A stretch of DNA of 64,000 nt from Roseibacillus sp. (lineage in GTDB: Bacteria > Verrucomicrobiota > Verrucomicrobiia > Verrucomicrobiales > Akkermansiaceae), in the NCBI GenBank assembly GCA_965242925.1, contig CBDEUM010000038.1, forward strand, positions 224,001 to 288,000, read 5' to 3'. Under the pieces are notes generated by a model. It was not told where the DNA came from and made no database searches. It saw nothing but the letters and a program-made list of their open reading frames with translations. Numbering within the stretch: position 1 is the first letter of the stretch; every line of letters begins with the position of its first letter. The translations under genes were made by a program, and so were the position numbers. Shown here piece by piece: positions 59,870-64,000 of this stretch.

Positions 59870-60592
59870 TCAGGTGGCGACTTCCGAGGTGGTCAGTTTG
59901 CGGAAGAGTTCCGTCAGGGAACCGGCTCCTTCCGACCGGAGACTCTCGGGACTGCCTTCGGCTACGATCTTGCCCTGGTCAATGATCATGGCCCGGGTGC
60001 AGGAAGCATCGACTTCCTCAAGAATGTGAGTGGAGAAGACGATGGTCTTTTCCTTGCCAAGTTCGCGGATCAGCTTCCGGACTTCGTGTTTCTGGTTGGG
60101 GTCGAGGCCATCGGTGGGTTCATCAAGGACGAGAACTTCGGGGTCATGAAGGAGGGATTGTGCCAGGCATGTGCGATGGCGGTATCCCTTGGACAGGGTG
60201 TCGATGGACTGGTGCACCACGGTTTGCAGGAAGCAGGTTTCGATCACGCGATCGACAGCTTCTTTCCGGGCCAGCCCGGAGAATCCCCGGATGCTGGCGC
60301 AGAAGCGGAGAAAACCGACAACCGTCATATCGGCATAGAGGGGGGCGGACTCGGGGAGGTATCCGATCTTCCGTTTGGCGTCCTCCGGTTGATCTGCAAC
60401 CGGGATCCCGCAGATTTTCACGTCGCCATGGGTGGCGGGGAGAAATCCGGTGATGATCCGCATGGTGGTGGATTTCCCGGCACCGTTCGGACCGAGGAAT
60501 CCAAGGACTTCACCCTTCTCTACCGAGAAGGAGAGGTCATCGACAGCTGTCTTGTGACCAAACTGCTTAGTGAGATTATTGACTTCGATCAT
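59870..60592 (-). CDS. ABC transporter ATP-binding protein (GldA-like)
   Basis: GPNGAGKST; LSKGY; LDEPTDGLDP; STHIL. Confidence 0.93.
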   Translation of the reverse strand: MIEVNNLTKQFGHKTAVDDLSFSVEKGEVLGFLGPNGAGKSTTMRIITGFLPATHGDVKICGIPVADQPEDAKRKIGYLPESAPLYADMTVVGFLRFCASIRGFSGLARKEAVDRVIETCFLQTVVHQSIDTLSKGYRHRTCLAQSLLHDPEVLVLDEPTDGLDPNQKHEVRKLIRELGKEKTIVFSTHILEEVDASCTRAMIIDQGKIVAEGSPESLRSEGAGSLTELFRKLTTSEVAT

Positions 60593-60605
60593 GAGTGGTG
60601 ATCGT

Positions 60606-60716
60606 CAGGTCTTAGGTTACAGGTCTTGGGGTTATGGGGTTATGGGGTCCCGATAGTGTTAGCGGTGCTGGGCGTTGAGCGTGCGTCTTAGCGGTGCTAG
60701 GCGTTGAGCGTGCGCG
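60606..60716. repeat. Intergenic direct repeats: 2 x ~29 bp plus short CAGGTCTT and TGGGGTTA repeats
   Basis: TTAGCGGTGCTGGGCGTTGAGCGTGCG at 60659 and TTAGCGGTGCTAGGCGTTGAGCGTGCG at 60688. Confidence 0.9.
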
Positions 60717-60799
60717 AATCTTATTCATGTTTTGATGATTTCAAGGGTAAAGTGAGGGATTCGAATTGATGAGAGGGCCAGGACGGGAAAAGGTAGGCC

Positions 60800-61849
60800 G
60801 TGATTCGTGCCTTGCACCTCGTTAACTTTCGCTGTTTTGAGGCCCTGAATCTCGATTTGCCGGGGGGGAGTGCGATTTTCGTGGGTGAGAATGCCCAAGG
60901 GAAAACGAGCCTGCTGGAGGCCATTTGCGTTCTGGTGCGGCTGCAGTCTCCGCGGACGCACCGGATGGGGCACCTGAGGCGTTTCGAAATGGAGGGTTTT
61001 GGAGTGGCCGGGGAGTGTTGGGGAGAGGTGCGGCGTGTCACGCGCGGGGCGGATGGTCTGGAACTGCGGATTGAAGGGGAGGTGGTGGAATCTCAGGGGA
61101 ATTATCTCAGTTCCGGGGGCCTGCTGGTCTGGATGGGAAATGAGGATCTGGAACTGGTAAGGGGGCCGGGAGAGGTGCGGCGACGGTTTCTGGATTTTGC
61201 GGCCGTCCAGCTGGAACCGACCTACCGAAGGCATCTGGCCCGCTACAAGCGAGCTCTCAAGGCCCGCAACCTTCTCTTGAAGGAACGCTTTCCGGACGAG
61301 GAGCAGATTGCCGCCTATACGACCCTCCTGATTGAACATGGCGGGATCCTGCAGCGGATTCGCGCCGCCCTCGTGGAGAAACTCGCCGGTCCCGTAAACG
61401 AGGCGCATTCGGCGGTGAGCGGGAGGAGGGAGGAGGTGGGACTGGTCTACCGGGGAGCGGGGGCCGGGGATCTTGCGGCGACCTACGCCGAGGCTGCAGA
61501 GCGGGAGCGGCGGCAGGGAAAAACGGTTGTGGGGCCCCATCGTGATGATGTGCTTCTGAGCCTGAATGGTAGCGCGGCGGCGGATTTCGGAAGCGAAGGT
61601 CAGCAACGGACCATGGCGCTGGCACTCAAACTGGGGCAGGGCCAGCTTCTGGAGCGAGAGCGGGGGAGCGCTCCGGTTTATCTCATTGACGATATCTTCG
61701 GGGAACTCGACACCCGTAGGCGCAATGCACTGATGGAATTTCTGCCGGTCGATTCCCAACAGTTGATCACCACTACCAGCATTGCGTGGATGGACAGGGA
61801 ATCTCCGCCCCTCTTCCGGGTTGGAGGTGGCATGGTGAGTGCGGAATGA
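60800..61849 (+). CDS. recF: DNA replication and repair protein RecF
   Basis: GENAQGKT; RRRFLD; GPHRDD; GSEGQQR; LIDDIFGELD. Confidence 0.95.
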   Translation: MIRALHLVNFRCFEALNLDLPGGSAIFVGENAQGKTSLLEAICVLVRLQSPRTHRMGHLRRFEMEGFGVAGECWGEVRRVTRGADGLELRIEGEVVESQGNYLSSGGLLVWMGNEDLELVRGPGEVRRRFLDFAAVQLEPTYRRHLARYKRALKARNLLLKERFPDEEQIAAYTTLLIEHGGILQRIRAALVEKLAGPVNEAHSAVSGRREEVGLVYRGAGAGDLAATYAEAAERERRQGKTVVGPHRDDVLLSLNGSAAADFGSEGQQRTMALALKLGQGQLLERERGSAPVYLIDDIFGELDTRRRNALMEFLPVDSQQLITTTSIAWMDRESPPLFRVGGGMVSAE

Positions 61850-61878
61850 GCCGGGAATTGACGAAGTAGAAATGTCTT

Positions 61879-62274
61879 ATGAATGACAACCGATCAGATC
61901 TGCGGAAGGTGCTCGACCACTGGATGGAGGCAGTAAACGGACGGGCTCTCGACGACGTGCGGAGACTCTACCGGGAAGACGCGGTAATCGTGCCGACCTT
62001 CGGGAAGGATATTCTCAGTAGCACGGAAGCAATTGCAGCCTACTTCGTGGATATCACGGATGGCAGAGAGCTACGGGTAGTGGTGCGGGATGAGACCGTG
62101 CGGGAGCAGGTGGAACCCGGGTCCTCACAGGTGATCAGCGGGATCTACGATTGGCGCATTCGTGAAGATGGGGAGGAGCAGCGGATTGCGGCGCGATTCA
62201 CCTTTGTGATGGATCCCGGGAGCGAGGGGCCGATTCTGCATCACCATTCATCACGGTTGCCGGGTGAAGGTTAA
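61879..62274 (+). CDS. SnoaL/NTF2-like (DUF4440-like) protein
   Basis: LY.EDAVIVPT; SGIY; ARFTFV; ILHHHSS. Confidence 0.8.
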   Translation: MNDNRSDLRKVLDHWMEAVNGRALDDVRRLYREDAVIVPTFGKDILSSTEAIAAYFVDITDGRELRVVVRDETVREQVEPGSSQVISGIYDWRIREDGEEQRIAARFTFVMDPGSEGPILHHHSSRLPGEG

Positions 62275-62357
62275 CCGGCCCCGGCACCCTTCCTTCGCCT
62301 TTGGCAGGGAAGGAGAGGCTTGAAAAGCGCGGCTGCGTATCAGTCAATGGCCGTGTC

Positions 62358-63143
62358 ATGGCTGATTTTGGTGTAACGGAGCGAACCTACGTAATCGCAG
62401 GTGGGACGACTGGCCTGGGGTTCTCGGCCGCGGAGGCCCTTGTTCGCAATGGTGCGCGGGTGGGGATTGGCAGTCGGTCGGAGGAGAGTGTGGCCAGAGC
62501 GCTGGAGGCTCTGGGGGAGAATGCTGTGGGCCGGAGTCTGAATGCCTCGGACCCGGGATCGGTTGGCGAATTGATTGAACTCACCTGCAAGCAGTTCGGT
62601 GATCTTCACGGACTTTATCACGTGGCCGGGGGAAGTGGACGTTCGGAGGGAGACGGTCCGCTGCACGAGCTCAGCGATGAAGGATGGGACTACACCATCC
62701 GGCAGAATCTCAGCTCCGTGATGCGTTCGAACCGGGCTGCGGTTCAGCGTTTCCGGCTTCAGGGCACGGGAGGAGCCATTCTGAACATGGGCAGTGTGCT
62801 TGGATTTGCACCTTCCCCGCGGCACTTTGCTGCGCACGCCTATGCGGCTTCCAAGGCGGGGATTGAAGGGTTCTCCAAGTCGCTGGCTTCCTACTATGCG
62901 GAGGAGGACATTCGAGTGAATGTTATCGCTCCCGCTCTGGTGGAGACTCCCATGTCGGGACGTGCACGGGAGAATGAATCGATCATGGAGTTTGTCAGGA
63001 GGAAGCAACCCCTGGATGGAGGGCGTATCGGAAGGACCGGAGATCTGGATGGTGCGGTCCTGTGTCTTCTGGGAGAGGCAGGGCGGTTTGTGACCGGGCA
63101 GGTCTTGTGCGTGGATGGCGGTTGGAGTGTGACGGAGGCTTGA
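62358..63143 (+). CDS. Short-chain dehydrogenase/reductase
   Basis: GGTTGLG; YAASK; IRVNVIAP; VTGQVLCVDGG. Confidence 0.92.
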   Translation: MADFGVTERTYVIAGGTTGLGFSAAEALVRNGARVGIGSRSEESVARALEALGENAVGRSLNASDPGSVGELIELTCKQFGDLHGLYHVAGGSGRSEGDGPLHELSDEGWDYTIRQNLSSVMRSNRAAVQRFRLQGTGGAILNMGSVLGFAPSPRHFAAHAYAASKAGIEGFSKSLASYYAEEDIRVNVIAPALVETPMSGRARENESIMEFVRRKQPLDGGRIGRTGDLDGAVLCLLGEAGRFVTGQVLCVDGGWSVTEA

Positions 63144-63153
63144 AGGAAGGATC

Positions 63154-64000
63154 ATGAATTCACTTGGAATCGGCATCGATCTCGGAGGCACGCGTATCAA
63201 GGGGGCGGCCTTTGATCTGGCGAGTGGAGAGATGATTCATGAGGAGGTGGCTCCTGCCCGGGATGGGGAGCGGGAAGGAGATGTGCCTGCTTTTCTGTCG
63301 GAGGTGCGCAAACTGGTTGCCCGTTTCGAAGAGGTGGAGGGCCACGAAAGCGTGGTTGTGGGAGTGTCCTCTCCAGGCTTGGCCAATCGGGCGGCCAGTC
63401 AGATTATATCGATGCCGGGACGTCTGGAGGGCTTGGAGGGCCTGGACTGGCCGGAGGCCCTGGCGCGGCCGGTGACCGTCCTGAATGATGCCCATGCAGC
63501 CTTGATGGGGGAAATCTGGCAGGGGGCGGCGACGGGCGTGCAGAATGTGTTCCTCCTGACTCTGGGAACCGGAGTGGGAGGTGCAATCGTGACGGAGGGA
63601 CGCCTGTTGCGCGGCCATTTTGGCAAGGGGGGGCACCTCGGACACGCTTCACTCGACTTTCACGGTGAGCCCGACATCTGCGGAATGCCCGGGGCACTGG
63701 AGGACATGATCGGAAACCACAACGTGCGGGAACGCTCCGGGGGACGCTACGAGTCGACCCGGGAACTGGTGGAGGCGGTGAAGAAGGGAGAGGAGCATGC
63801 CCTGGAAGTCTGGGAACGCTCGGTCAGGGCTCTGGCAGTGGCAGTGGCTTCGTTTGTGAATGTTCTGGACCCTGAATTGGTGCTGATCGGGGGCGGGATT
63901 TCCGAAGCCTGGGATGAGATCGAGGGACGACTGAAGAACTGGATGGATGAATTTGAGTGGCGCCCGGGCGGCGGGCGGGTTGAGATCCGTCGCGCCGCAC
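63154..64000 (+). CDS. ROK family sugar kinase (truncated at window end; absent from the ORF track)
   Basis: Manual translation: MNSLGIGIDLGGTRIK; NDAHAA; LTLGTGVGG; GHLGH. Confidence 0.9.
   Translation, partial: MNSLGIGIDLGGTRIKGAAFDLASGEMIHEEVAPARDGEREGDVPAFLSEVRKLVARFEEVEGHESVVVGVSSPGLANRAASQIISMPGRLEGLEGLDWPEALARPVTVLNDAHAALMGEIWQGAATGVQNVFLLTLGTGVGGAIVTEGRLLRGHFGKGGHLGHASLDFHGEPDICGMPGALEDMIGNHNVRERSGGRYESTRELVEAVKKGEEHALEVWERSVRALAVAVASFVNVLDPELVLIGGGISEAWDEIEGRLKNWMDEFEWRPGGGRVEIRRAA

Noticed and set aside
60659..60716. Possible CRISPR array
   Set aside because: Only two adjacent units with no spacer and no cas genes
60725..61759. 344-aa - strand ORF
   Set aside because: Antisense to recF

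Overview
High-GC bacterial chromosomal window, most likely from a Verrucomicrobiota (PVC) organism. This is an inference from the gene families present: PSCyt/DUF1549-DUF1553, DUF1501, ASPIC-UnbV, CotH-LTD, long GreA and McsA-McsB-ClpC. Positions 1-27 kb are an accessory region of large secreted or periplasmic proteins (HtrA-PA14, PSD1 cytochrome with DUF1501, CotH kinase, two FG-GAP/ASPIC-UnbV proteins, two sulfatases, a PQQ-type propeller) plus an N-terminally short RNase R-like gene with a structured leader. Positions 28-64 kb are mostly housekeeping: greA, eno, ftsB, lolD-like, ilvE, mcsAB-clpC, phoBR, cca, pilD, chdC, ferredoxin, dciA-like, HAD-folB, an ECF sigma module, a TolC-like gene, a mycobacterial Sdh1-type succinate dehydrogenase, a GldAFG-like ABC system with DUF4340, recF, SDR and ROK. 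No rRNA, tRNA, CRISPR array or mobile element was recognised. Best leads: (1) an atypical HAD (DWSGT)-FolB fusion, a candidate for the unassigned dihydroneopterin dephosphorylation step; (2) a multi-hairpin leader RNA upstream of the RNase R-like gene; (3) a fused siroheme-decarboxylase-like gene near chdC; (4) a type-F (Rv0249c-like) Sdh; (5) an ECF sigma / anti-sigma / pseudo-protease trio. All family calls come from motif recognition by eye; no database searches were run.
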